Source: an uncultured SAR86 cluster bacterium (GTDB lineage: Bacteria; Pseudomonadota; Gammaproteobacteria; Magnimaribacterales; D2472). From it: DNA of 64,000 nt. The DNA is taken from assembly GCA_902596165.1 (NCBI GenBank), contig CACJSU010000002.1, positions 23,245 through 87,244 on the forward strand, in the 5' to 3' direction. The translations under genes and the position numbers were made by a program. The notes below the pieces were generated by a model that saw nothing but the letters and a program-made list of their open reading frames with translations, had not been told where the DNA came from and did not search any database. Within the stretch, counting starts at the first letter, position 1. Every line of letters begins with the position of its first letter. This document shows positions 30,114-38,706 of the stretch, one piece after another.

Positions 30114-31184
30114 TTATAATTCCTTAAGTTTTGCTTCAAGCATTGGTGTTACATGATTATTAATGTGTGCATTTAAACCAAGTGGCATCATTTCATAATG
30201 CTCAAGCTTCCTGACGACCTTAACCATGATTACAGTAAATTTATACAATGCTAAAAGATAATAGTAGTCATAATCATCTGCACTAAATCCGGTTAAAGCT
30301 TCCCATTTTGCTATGGTGGCTACTGGTCCTGGAAAGCCGCTTAATCTGTCTACATGTACACCTTTGGAATTACAATCATCAATAGCTATTCCCCAAGCAA
30401 GGTCCATGCAAGGATCTCCTAGGGCAGCCATTTCCCAATCTAAAACAGCTGAAACTTGTCCATCAAGGTTATACATAATATTTGCACATCTGCAATCTCC
30501 CCAAAGGATAGAAGCTTGAGTTGGTTTTGGTTTATTTTTCTTCAACCATTCTCTTGCCTGATCTGCTGCTGGATGGGCTTCACCTTCCATAGCCCAATCA
30601 TGAAAATCAAAGTAATAATTTAATTCTTGATCAAGGTAATCTTCAGCAATTTTTGGCCGGTTAAGAAACTCAAAGTCTCCATTAGATATGTCTACCTTAT
30701 GAATTTTAGCCATCTGCTCAACCCACCCCCACCAGATTCTCTCTCTTACTTCTTCAGATGAATCAGCAACCCAACCTTCTTGATGAAACGGGGGGTTATC
30801 AGATGGAGCATCGCCGCTTGCCATTTCCATAACATAAAAAGATGTTCCAAAAACCGCGTCACTGGGCTCATACCAAAGAACTTTTGGAACTTTGATATCG
30901 TGATCAGCTAGTTTTTGCATAATTAAAAACTGTTTGTGAATATCATAATCAGGAAATACAAAGAAACCTTCTGGATGGAATCTAAGCACCATGCCAGTTT
31001 CTATACTTGTTCCGTTTAATTTATAAGAAACATTAAAACTTAATGTTTCGTTAGAAAAACCTGTATTTTCAGGTCCCCCTAATAACTCCACATTCAGATC
31101 ACTAACTCCATCTAGTTTTCTCTCAATCCAGTTACTAAAAATTACTCTAGTCGCATCTAAATCTCTTTCTTGTGGCTTCGGCAT
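30114..31184 (-). CDS. APH/choline kinase-like phosphotransferase family protein
   Basis: GFSNET, FYVME, LWGDCRCANI, VLDWEMA.LGDP. Confidence 0.82.
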   Translation of the reverse strand: MPKPQERDLDATRVIFSNWIERKLDGVSDLNVELLGGPENTGFSNETLSFNVSYKLNGTSIETGMVLRFHPEGFFVFPDYDIHKQFLIMQKLADHDIKVPKVLWYEPSDAVFGTSFYVMEMASGDAPSDNPPFHQEGWVADSSEEVRERIWWGWVEQMAKIHKVDISNGDFEFLNRPKIAEDYLDQELNYYFDFHDWAMEGEAHPAADQAREWLKKNKPKPTQASILWGDCRCANIMYNLDGQVSAVLDWEMAALGDPCMDLAWGIAIDDCNSKGVHVDRLSGFPGPVATIAKWEALTGFSADDYDYYYLLALYKFTVIMVKVVRKLEHYEMMPLGLNAHINNHVTPMLEAKLKEL

Positions 31185-31251
31185 TGTGTTGTTCTATTCA
31201 TTGATTAAACATCAACCTTAATATAAATTTAATTAATTAAAAAGAAAAAAA

Positions 31252-32334
31252 ATGGCTGATTTATTTAAAGAAAAATGGGATGCATTTTGTGAAAACCTTA
31301 AAGAAGTTGGATCAATTATTGAATCAGAATCCTCACTTAGTGAAACAGATCAAGCAGAGGGATACAGATACTTACTAAGACTGATGCGTTTGTCATTAGA
31401 AATGAATATGGAGCATTCAAACCTATCAACACCCTCTTTTTATAATCTTTCTCATGAAACTGCAAAGATAGGTGCAGATAATCCGGATAACATCTATCTA
31501 AATGCAAACATAGATGGAAAACAATCATACGAGGTGTATGGCAATATTGGTGAGTCAGACTATTTAAGTTTTGGATTAAAGGAAAACAGATATAGCAAAG
31601 ATGGGACGATGGTTTCTCTTGGAGAGATAGACTTGAGAGATATGACGGTAGATGAGTCAGGTAATTTTATTTTGTATATTGGTGGAAAGACTAATTCTAA
31701 AAATTTTTTACCGCTACCTAAAAATGCAAACATGTTAATTGTTCGTCAAACCTATAAAAATAGAATCCTTCAAACGCATGCAAAAATTAATATAAAAACT
31801 TCAAACACATCTCCAATTCCAGAACCTTTAACAGCTGTAAAACTTGAAAATCAGTTAAATCAATCCCTTGCATTTGTTAGTGGAACTGCGTCGACCTTTC
31901 TAAAGTGGGTTCATGAATTTAAGAAAAATCATTTGAATCAATTACCTTTAGGTGACCAAGATTTTTTTCAAGCGGCTGGAGGCGATCCTAAAATATGTTA
32001 CCTTCATGGTTACTTTGACTTTGATGATGATGAGTACATGGAAATAACAACTGAAATTCCTGACTGTGAATATTGGAATTTCCAATTAGAGAATCATTGG
32101 ATGGAGTCATTGGATTATAGACATTACCCTATTCACATAAATGAATCGTCAGCTGATCTTAATAAAGATAAAAGCATAACTATTAATGTTAGTCACTCGC
32201 CTGAGAAATTAAAAAATAACCTAATTACTGAGGGTCGTAAAAATGGAGCTATGCTCCTTAGATGGATTGGAGCAACCTCATTTCCAATTCCAACGGTCGA
32301 AATTAAAAAACTCAACTCTTTGCAGGATAGATAA
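31252..32334 (+). CDS. DUF1214-type protein (Rv3531c-like)
   Basis: AEGYRYL, GADNPDNIY, CEYWNFQL.NHWMESLDY, G.MLLRW. Confidence 0.72.
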   Translation: MADLFKEKWDAFCENLKEVGSIIESESSLSETDQAEGYRYLLRLMRLSLEMNMEHSNLSTPSFYNLSHETAKIGADNPDNIYLNANIDGKQSYEVYGNIGESDYLSFGLKENRYSKDGTMVSLGEIDLRDMTVDESGNFILYIGGKTNSKNFLPLPKNANMLIVRQTYKNRILQTHAKINIKTSNTSPIPEPLTAVKLENQLNQSLAFVSGTASTFLKWVHEFKKNHLNQLPLGDQDFFQAAGGDPKICYLHGYFDFDDDEYMEITTEIPDCEYWNFQLENHWMESLDYRHYPIHINESSADLNKDKSITINVSHSPEKLKNNLITEGRKNGAMLLRWIGATSFPIPTVEIKKLNSLQDR

Positions 32335-33473
32335 TGCTCAATTCCGCAAAAATAATTGATGAAGCAAAAAAACAAACAAATTTAGATTACTTTGGTAATC
32401 CCTTGTTTATGGAAGGATTTGAGAGTCTTGTTCAATCAATAAATGAAGAAGCACATTTAAATGATATTGGAATGGAGGCACAGGAACATAGATTAATAGG
32501 TGTTCTAAGCAATCTTCTCAGAATAGAAGATGCTTTTGTTCAAAATCCTGAAATATTAAATGAAGAAATTCATTCTCCAATTGTGATTGTTGGACTTCCA
32601 AGAACAGGAAGCACAATGACCCATAGACTCCTTGCTTCCGATCCAAGGCATACAGCAATGCTATGGTGGGAAGGCAGACATCCAGCAATGCTCAAAGATG
32701 AAGTACGTGGCAAACCAGAAAAACGAATGGAAATGGGTAAAGCTGAAGTTGAAGCTGTTATGCAAGCATCGCCAGAAGCTCTCACCATTCATCCTTGGGA
32801 CTATAAGGGGGCTGATGAAGAAATTTTGCTATTAGAGCATACATTTTTTAGTACAGTTCCAGAATCATTCATGCGTCTTCCCTCTTACTCTAAATGGGTT
32901 GAATCTCAGGATCATATTCATGCATATGCTCAACTCAAAAAAATGCTTCAATATCTTCAATGGCAAAATCCTGGACGAGAAAGAAAAAGATGGGTTTTAA
33001 AGTCACCTCATCATTTGGGGTTTATAGATAAGCTTCTAAAAATATTTCCAGATTCAAAAGTAATACAAACTCACAGAGATCCATTAAAAACAATTCCGTC
33101 ATTTTGTTCGATGTGTGCAAACTTATTTGAACCTCTGACAAATTCATTTGATAAAAACGAAATTGGCCATCATTGGGCTCATAAATTAGCTAAAGTCCTT
33201 AATCACTGCATGGAAGTAAGTAATGAAAATAATGACAATTTCCTTAATCTTGAATTTAGTAAAATGATAAAAGATCCTATCCTTGAAATGAATGAAGTTT
33301 ATAACTTTATAGGAGAGGATTTTACCGATCAGGCTGAAAATGCAATGAAGGCATGGAAAGAGGAAAATCAACATGAAATGGGGGCTCATCAATATTCTCT
33401 CGAAGAGTTTGGTATAGAAAGTTCATTCATTGATGAGTATTTTAGTAAATACATAGATCAATATATAAAGTAG
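32334..33473 (+). CDS. Sulfotransferase-family protein (Rv3529c-like)
   Basis: IVGLPRTGST (5'-PSB loop), RWVLKSPHHL, QTHRDP, HQYSLEEFG. Confidence 0.88.
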   Translation: MLNSAKIIDEAKKQTNLDYFGNPLFMEGFESLVQSINEEAHLNDIGMEAQEHRLIGVLSNLLRIEDAFVQNPEILNEEIHSPIVIVGLPRTGSTMTHRLLASDPRHTAMLWWEGRHPAMLKDEVRGKPEKRMEMGKAEVEAVMQASPEALTIHPWDYKGADEEILLLEHTFFSTVPESFMRLPSYSKWVESQDHIHAYAQLKKMLQYLQWQNPGRERKRWVLKSPHHLGFIDKLLKIFPDSKVIQTHRDPLKTIPSFCSMCANLFEPLTNSFDKNEIGHHWAHKLAKVLNHCMEVSNENNDNFLNLEFSKMIKDPILEMNEVYNFIGEDFTDQAENAMKAWKEENQHEMGAHQYSLEEFGIESSFIDEYFSKYIDQYIK

Positions 33474-33481
33474 GAAAAAAG

Positions 33482-34258
33482 ATGTTATTAAAAGATAAAG
33501 TGGTAATAGTATCTGGTATAGGACCAGGATTGGGTCAAGAGCTTGCCTATGGAGCTGCAAGAGAAGGTGCAAAAATTACGATTGCAGCTAGATCTTCTGA
33601 GCTCTTAGATAAACTTCAAGATGAGATTGGGAAGAATTCAGAGGTTATAGCAATACCTTGCGATATAACAAATCCATCTGACTGTGAAAACTTAGTCAAT
33701 GAGACAGTCAAAAAATATGGAAGGCTTGATGGATTAATCAATAGCGCCTACCGTGCTGGTGAATTTAAAGAAATTACAGATTCTGATTTCTCTGATTGGC
33801 AAGAGACCATGAACACAAATTTTTTTGGAACTATGAATTTAACTATGGCTGCTGTTAAAGAGATGACACCAAATCAACAAGGCGCAATTGTTATGATTAA
33901 TAGTCTAATAACTAAGAAACCTCTTCCAACTCAAGGTGGCTATGCCGCTTCCAAAGGAGCTCTAGCTACGGCTACCAAAATTCTTGCTAAGGAGCTTGGA
34001 CCAAAAGGAATTAGAGTTAATTCAGTCTTCATGGGGTGGATGTGGGGCCCGCCGGTTGAGATGTATGTTAACTTCACTGCAGAATCTATGGGGGTTGAAC
34101 CAAAAGAAATAATCGATGGAGTTACTAAAGACATTCCATTGGGCATTATTCCAGATGATTCTGATTGCGCTAACGCTGCGTTATTTCTTATATCAGATCT
34201 AGCCAAAGTAATAACTGGAGCTAATTTAGATGTTAATGGTGGAGAATTTATGACATAG
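33482..34258 (+). CDS. SDR oxidoreductase (Rv3530c-like)
   Basis: KVVIVSGIGPGLG, YAASK, GWMWG, ITGANLDVNGGE. Confidence 0.88.
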   Translation: MLLKDKVVIVSGIGPGLGQELAYGAAREGAKITIAARSSELLDKLQDEIGKNSEVIAIPCDITNPSDCENLVNETVKKYGRLDGLINSAYRAGEFKEITDSDFSDWQETMNTNFFGTMNLTMAAVKEMTPNQQGAIVMINSLITKKPLPTQGGYAASKGALATATKILAKELGPKGIRVNSVFMGWMWGPPVEMYVNFTAESMGVEPKEIIDGVTKDIPLGIIPDDSDCANAALFLISDLAKVITGANLDVNGGEFMT

Positions 34259-34358
34259 ATGAGTATCAAATGAAATTTATTCGTCAAGTTAAATAAAAGT
34301 ATTCTCCGTTTTTTTAAAAAATACGATTTTCTTTAAAATAAGTGTTTAGAATTAAGTA

Positions 34359-35225
34359 ATGGCAATTAATAAGAATATCCATACTATTGACCTTATGCTG
34401 GGTATTCCTGAACAAGAAGATAGGTCCGATTGGTATAAATTCATGGAACCATTGCTTCGTGATGAGGAATCAAAGTCCATGTTCAAGATGCCTGCTCAAT
34501 ACATGTTTAAAGATATTCCTGAGACTGGATCACACGATGATTTTATTCAGTTCACAATAGATCAAATGAATAAATTTCATATCAATCAAGCAATGATAGG
34601 GTTTCATGAACAATCTGAAGTGAAAATTGAAGCTGCAAAAAATCACTCAGATAGATTCTTTTTTGACCTTCCAGTAAACCCAAATATTGATAATGAAGCT
34701 GAGAATATTAAGAGACATGTTGAAACCTATGGCATTAAAGCTGTTAGCGCTTTCCCCTCTGGAATGCATCCTCAAATTCCAATCAATGATGAAAAATGGT
34801 ATCCAATATACGAAATGTGCGTTGAACTAGATATACCTTTTTTTTGCTGCGTCGGAGTTCCTGGGCCAAGAATACCAATGGCACCACAAAAAGTTGAACT
34901 GATCGATGAAGTTTGTTGGTACTTCCCTGAATTAAAATTCGTTATGCGCCATGGAGCTGAGCCCTGGACAGCCTTAGCATGCAAACTCATGCTAAAATAT
35001 CCTAATTTATATTACTCAACCAGCGCCTTTTCACCTAAACATTACCCTAAAGATATTATAAATTTTGCTAATACACGCGGTAAGAAGAAAATTATGTATG
35101 CGGGATATTTTCCAATGGGCTTATCTTTAGATAAAATCTTTAAAGAAATGAATGATGTGCCCTTCAACGACGATGTGTGGCCATTATTTTTAGGAGAAAA
35201 TGCTCAAAGAGTGCTTAAACTATAG
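34359..35225 (+). CDS. Amidohydrolase_2 family protein
   Basis: YPIYEMCVELDIP, GVPGPR, FPELKFVMRHGAEPW, PNLYYSTSA, LGENAQRVL. Confidence 0.8.
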   Translation: MAINKNIHTIDLMLGIPEQEDRSDWYKFMEPLLRDEESKSMFKMPAQYMFKDIPETGSHDDFIQFTIDQMNKFHINQAMIGFHEQSEVKIEAAKNHSDRFFFDLPVNPNIDNEAENIKRHVETYGIKAVSAFPSGMHPQIPINDEKWYPIYEMCVELDIPFFCCVGVPGPRIPMAPQKVELIDEVCWYFPELKFVMRHGAEPWTALACKLMLKYPNLYYSTSAFSPKHYPKDIINFANTRGKKKIMYAGYFPMGLSLDKIFKEMNDVPFNDDVWPLFLGENAQRVLKL

Positions 35226-35258
35226 AAATAACTAAAATATCTTCTAATACCAAAGACT

Positions 35259-36221
35259 ATGACTGATAAAAAAAGATACTCAATGTTACAAATCCCATTT
35301 GGCTGGTACGTAGTTGATTACTCTAATGAACTTAAACCTGGTGATGTAAAGGCTGTTCGTTATTTTGCCCAAGATCAAGTTTTATTTAGAACCGAATCAG
35401 GAGAAGTAAGCATGCTTGATGCTTATTGTCCTCATTTAGGTGCACACCTTGGACACGGCGGCATAATTAATGGTGAATGTATTGAATGTCCTTTCCATGC
35501 GTGGAGATGGAAAACAGATGGAAAAATTGGTGAGATACCTTACGCAAAGAATATTCCTCCTAAAGCAAAAGAAACTAAAATATTCACATACCCAACTGTA
35601 GAAAAAAATAATCTTATATATGCTTGGTATCATCCAAATGGTGAGGAGCCTCATTATGAGGTTGAAACCTATCCAGAAATTAATGATCCTGAGTGGGGTG
35701 ATGAATTTGAAAAATTTGAATATCGAATTAAGTGTCATATACAAGACATGGCAGAAAACGCGGTTGATGCCGCACACTTCATGTATGTTCATGGAGTTGC
35801 TTCGTATCCAGAATTTGAGGTGAGTTACCAAGATCAGAAAAGATTTTTTTCTCAAAAAGCCGATATGATTACACCTAGAGGCACCGTAAAAGGAAAAATT
35901 TCAGGAGCCTCAAATGGACCTGGTGATAATTTTACAAGGTTTGAAGGAATATGTGACACCCTGCTCTTGGGTTCAACAACTCCAACAGAAAACGAAGAGG
36001 TTATTACAAGATTTTCTTTTCTTCAAAAAAAGGTTGATGGAAAAGTTCCAACTGGTGGTGTTGGATCTGCAATTATTGCCGATATAAATAAACAAGTTAA
36101 AGAAGATATACCTGTCTGGGAAAATAAAAAATATGCTTCAAGACCTGTTCTTTGTGATTCTGATGGTCCAATTGCTAAATTTAGAAAGCATTTTGCTACT
36201 TTTTATGTTGATCAATTATAA
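35259..36221 (+). CDS. Rieske non-heme iron oxygenase, KshA/Neverland-like
   Basis: PFGWY, CPHLGAHL..CPFHAW, ENAVDAAHFMYVHG, EDIPVWENKKY. Confidence 0.85.
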   Translation: MTDKKRYSMLQIPFGWYVVDYSNELKPGDVKAVRYFAQDQVLFRTESGEVSMLDAYCPHLGAHLGHGGIINGECIECPFHAWRWKTDGKIGEIPYAKNIPPKAKETKIFTYPTVEKNNLIYAWYHPNGEEPHYEVETYPEINDPEWGDEFEKFEYRIKCHIQDMAENAVDAAHFMYVHGVASYPEFEVSYQDQKRFFSQKADMITPRGTVKGKISGASNGPGDNFTRFEGICDTLLLGSTTPTENEEVITRFSFLQKKVDGKVPTGGVGSAIIADINKQVKEDIPVWENKKYASRPVLCDSDGPIAKFRKHFATFYVDQL

Positions 36222-36230
36222 AAATTACTT

Positions 36231-36401
36231 CTAAGAATCCATTGGTTCATAGTCAAACTTACTAACCCCACAATCAGGACAAACCCAATCATCTGGAATA
36301 TCTTCCCACTTGGTTCCAGCAGGAATGCCGCCATCGGGATCGCCAAGCTCCTCATCGTAAATATGCCCACAAATAACGCATTCAAATTTTTTGTAATTCA
36401 T
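36231..36401 (-). CDS. Rubredoxin (56 aa, missed by ORF track)
   Basis: [56 protein letters not shown]. Confidence 0.96.
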   Translation of the reverse strand: MNYKKFECVICGHIYDEELGDPDGGIPAGTKWEDIPDDWVCPDCGVSKFDYEPMDS

Positions 36402-36403
36402 TA

Positions 36404-37744
36404 TTAAGTTTTTAAATTTGCCTTAATTTTTGCATGTTCTTCCCTGGTTAATGAATGAGAAAATAGTAAATATGCAGCTATAGAATAACTAATAACTGGT
36501 ACAAATGTATAGATATAAAAAATGGCCATCTTGGATGAGGTGCTATTTTCTATTCCCAAGCTAATATCAAACCCCCAAAGAAATTCAAGGACAACATAGG
36601 GAACTACTGCGGCAAGAGCAAAGCCAATTTTAGTCAAGGTGGTTAAATATGAAAAAACCGTGCCTGAAATATTTTCACCACCTTCAAGATTTAATTTATC
36701 AGAAATATCAGCAGTAATTGCATTAATTAGGGGTAACGGTCCTGAAAAAGCAAAACCATACAAAATGATAAAAGATCCAACACCGATCAATTTAGGAAAA
36801 TCTTCAAAATCTTTTATAAACCAATAGCCAACAAAACCAATTAACAAAACCACAATTGCATATAGGCAAGCAATACCGGCAGCATAGTGTTTTGATGTTT
36901 TGATGCCCAACTTTCTCCATACCCAAAGCCCAAAAACACTCACCACATAATAGGCCAGCATTAATCTAGATGAGTATTCAGGCAATTCGATAACTACCTC
37001 CATCCAGATTAAATAAAGTGCTCCATTTAAGCTCATGCAAAATCCTATAAGAACAGCAGCGAAAACAATTTTATTCAGCATTCTATTCTTAAATAAACTT
37101 CTAAAGGCTCTAAATGGGTTGGTTAATCTTTCTTTTGAAGCAGGTTCAATGGAGTCTGGAACTTGTTTCAATGCATTGAGGGTAATTAATGGAATGCAAA
37201 ATAAAAGAAACATCCCAATAGCATTTACCTTAGCCTTCAGTGAAGGATCATTAATCTCAACAATCGCTGGTATCGCTATAACTGTAAACATACCCATTAA
37301 AGACATTAACTCTCTTAGAGTTAAGAGTTTGGTTCTATCATCATAGTTGGGTACAAGAAAAGAAGCCCAGGACAATTGAGTAATGCTGCTTAAAGTAAAT
37401 GCTGAATACATTAAAAATAGCCCAACAATAAAATATATTACTGAGGGTTGTTCAGTAGGCGGTAAAAAAATAACATAGGTAGCAAGCATAAAAACTGGTG
37501 CTGATAAAAATATCCAGAGTTTATGTTTGCCCCATCTTGATGGAAATTTATCAATCAAGACCCCCATAACTGGATCAGTCAATACATCTGCAAACCTGCC
37601 AAAGAAAAAAATAATACCAACAAGCGATAAGCCAAGACCTAAATCCCCTGCGTAAAAAGGCAAAATAAAGATAAACATTGGCATCCCAGCCGCAGAGGTT
37701 GGAAAGTTTAATGCGGTATATGATAGCCGCTGAAACAAATTCAT
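36404..37744 (-). CDS. MFS transporter, GPH/MelB-like
   Basis: About 12 TM segments, [28 protein letters not shown]. Confidence 0.85.
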   Translation of the reverse strand: MNLFQRLSYTALNFPTSAAGMPMFIFILPFYAGDLGLGLSLVGIIFFFGRFADVLTDPVMGVLIDKFPSRWGKHKLWIFLSAPVFMLATYVIFLPPTEQPSVIYFIVGLFLMYSAFTLSSITQLSWASFLVPNYDDRTKLLTLRELMSLMGMFTVIAIPAIVEINDPSLKAKVNAIGMFLLFCIPLITLNALKQVPDSIEPASKERLTNPFRAFRSLFKNRMLNKIVFAAVLIGFCMSLNGALYLIWMEVVIELPEYSSRLMLAYYVVSVFGLWVWRKLGIKTSKHYAAGIACLYAIVVLLIGFVGYWFIKDFEDFPKLIGVGSFIILYGFAFSGPLPLINAITADISDKLNLEGGENISGTVFSYLTTLTKIGFALAAVVPYVVLEFLWGFDISLGIENSTSSKMAIFYIYTFVPVISYSIAAYLLFSHSLTREEHAKIKANLKT

Positions 37745-37757
37745 AGTTTTTGAAGGT

Positions 37758-38159
37758 CTAAGCTTTAAAAACGTCTCTCATTGAAATGATTCCAACTAGG
37801 TGCTCACCTGAAAAAACAGGGAGATGTCTGATTTGATTCTCCAACATCATTGATTTAGCCTCTGAGTTTGATGTTTCAGGACATGTAAATATCAATTTCC
37901 TTGTCATGATGTCTTTAACAGTTTTAGTTTCTAAATTTTTAGAGCCTCCAGACAAGGCATATACTAGGTCCCGTTCAGTTAAAATGCCTACAACAGATGA
38001 TTTTGACAAATGATCTTCAGAGCCTTTTTCACATATCATCAAGGCTCCAATTTTATTTTTATTCATCAAAGCTGCTGCATCAAATAAATTAGAATCTTCT
38101 GACACGGTAAATATATCCCAATATTTTTGCTCATTTAAATGATCTTTTACTTTTTTCAT
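37758..38159 (-). CDS. CBS-domain protein
   Basis: GILTERD, VKDIMT, IRHLPV, LVGIISMRD. Confidence 0.9.
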   Translation of the reverse strand: MKKVKDHLNEQKYWDIFTVSEDSNLFDAAALMNKNKIGALMICEKGSEDHLSKSSVVGILTERDLVYALSGGSKNLETKTVKDIMTRKLIFTCPETSNSEAKSMMLENQIRHLPVFSGEHLVGIISMRDVFKA

Positions 38160-38300
38160 GTATGTATAGGTTTATGGTAGCTTTATAAGAATAATTTCAA
38201 AGATGTTAACACCCAAACTGATTTCTTGGTATTATAAAGGTACAATACGGTACGTTTAACAATTACTTATATATTTTAACTATAACAACATAAATCCATC

Positions 38301-38675
38301 ATGAAATCATTAAATTCACTCCTAATTTTTGTTTTTGTTTTTTTGCTTACTCTGCCTGCTTTTGCTGGTGACAAAGGATATGTCGGTGAAGAAGGCACTG
38401 AAATAGAGGTTACTAGAGTTTCTAGTCCTGCTCCTGAATATCCAAGAAGAGCTATAAGACTTGGCGTTGAGGGATCTGTACGCCTTGAATTTGATGTAGA
38501 TACAGATGGATCAGTATTAGATCCATATGTAGTCGAAAGCAGTCCAGCTGGAGTATTTGATAGGGCAGCAATAAAAGCTGTAAGAAAGTTTTTATATCAG
38601 CCTCCTACTTACAATGGAACCTCTGTAAAAGTTAACAATGTGCAGATTGATCTTACCTTTAAACTCGCCAACTAA
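38301..38675 (+). CDS. TonB C-terminal domain protein with signal peptide (mini-TonB)
   Basis: Signal ending LPAFA, then PEYPRRAIRLGVEGSVRLEFDV..FDRAAIKAVRKFLYQP; no Pro-rich linker. Confidence 0.85.
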   Translation: MKSLNSLLIFVFVFLLTLPAFAGDKGYVGEEGTEIEVTRVSSPAPEYPRRAIRLGVEGSVRLEFDVDTDGSVLDPYVVESSPAGVFDRAAIKAVRKFLYQPPTYNGTSVKVNNVQIDLTFKLAN

Positions 38676-38706
38676 CTTTTAGCTCTAATATAGCCTAAGG
38701 ATAATT

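Noticed and set aside
30114-31184. Aminoglycoside resistance gene
   Set aside because: APH fold only; motif variant and lipid-catabolic context argue against resistance
34258-34286. Weak hairpin GATGAGTA..TATTCGTC after the SDR
   Set aside because: Only 8 bp with two G-U pairs and no adjacent U-tract; not enough for a terminator call
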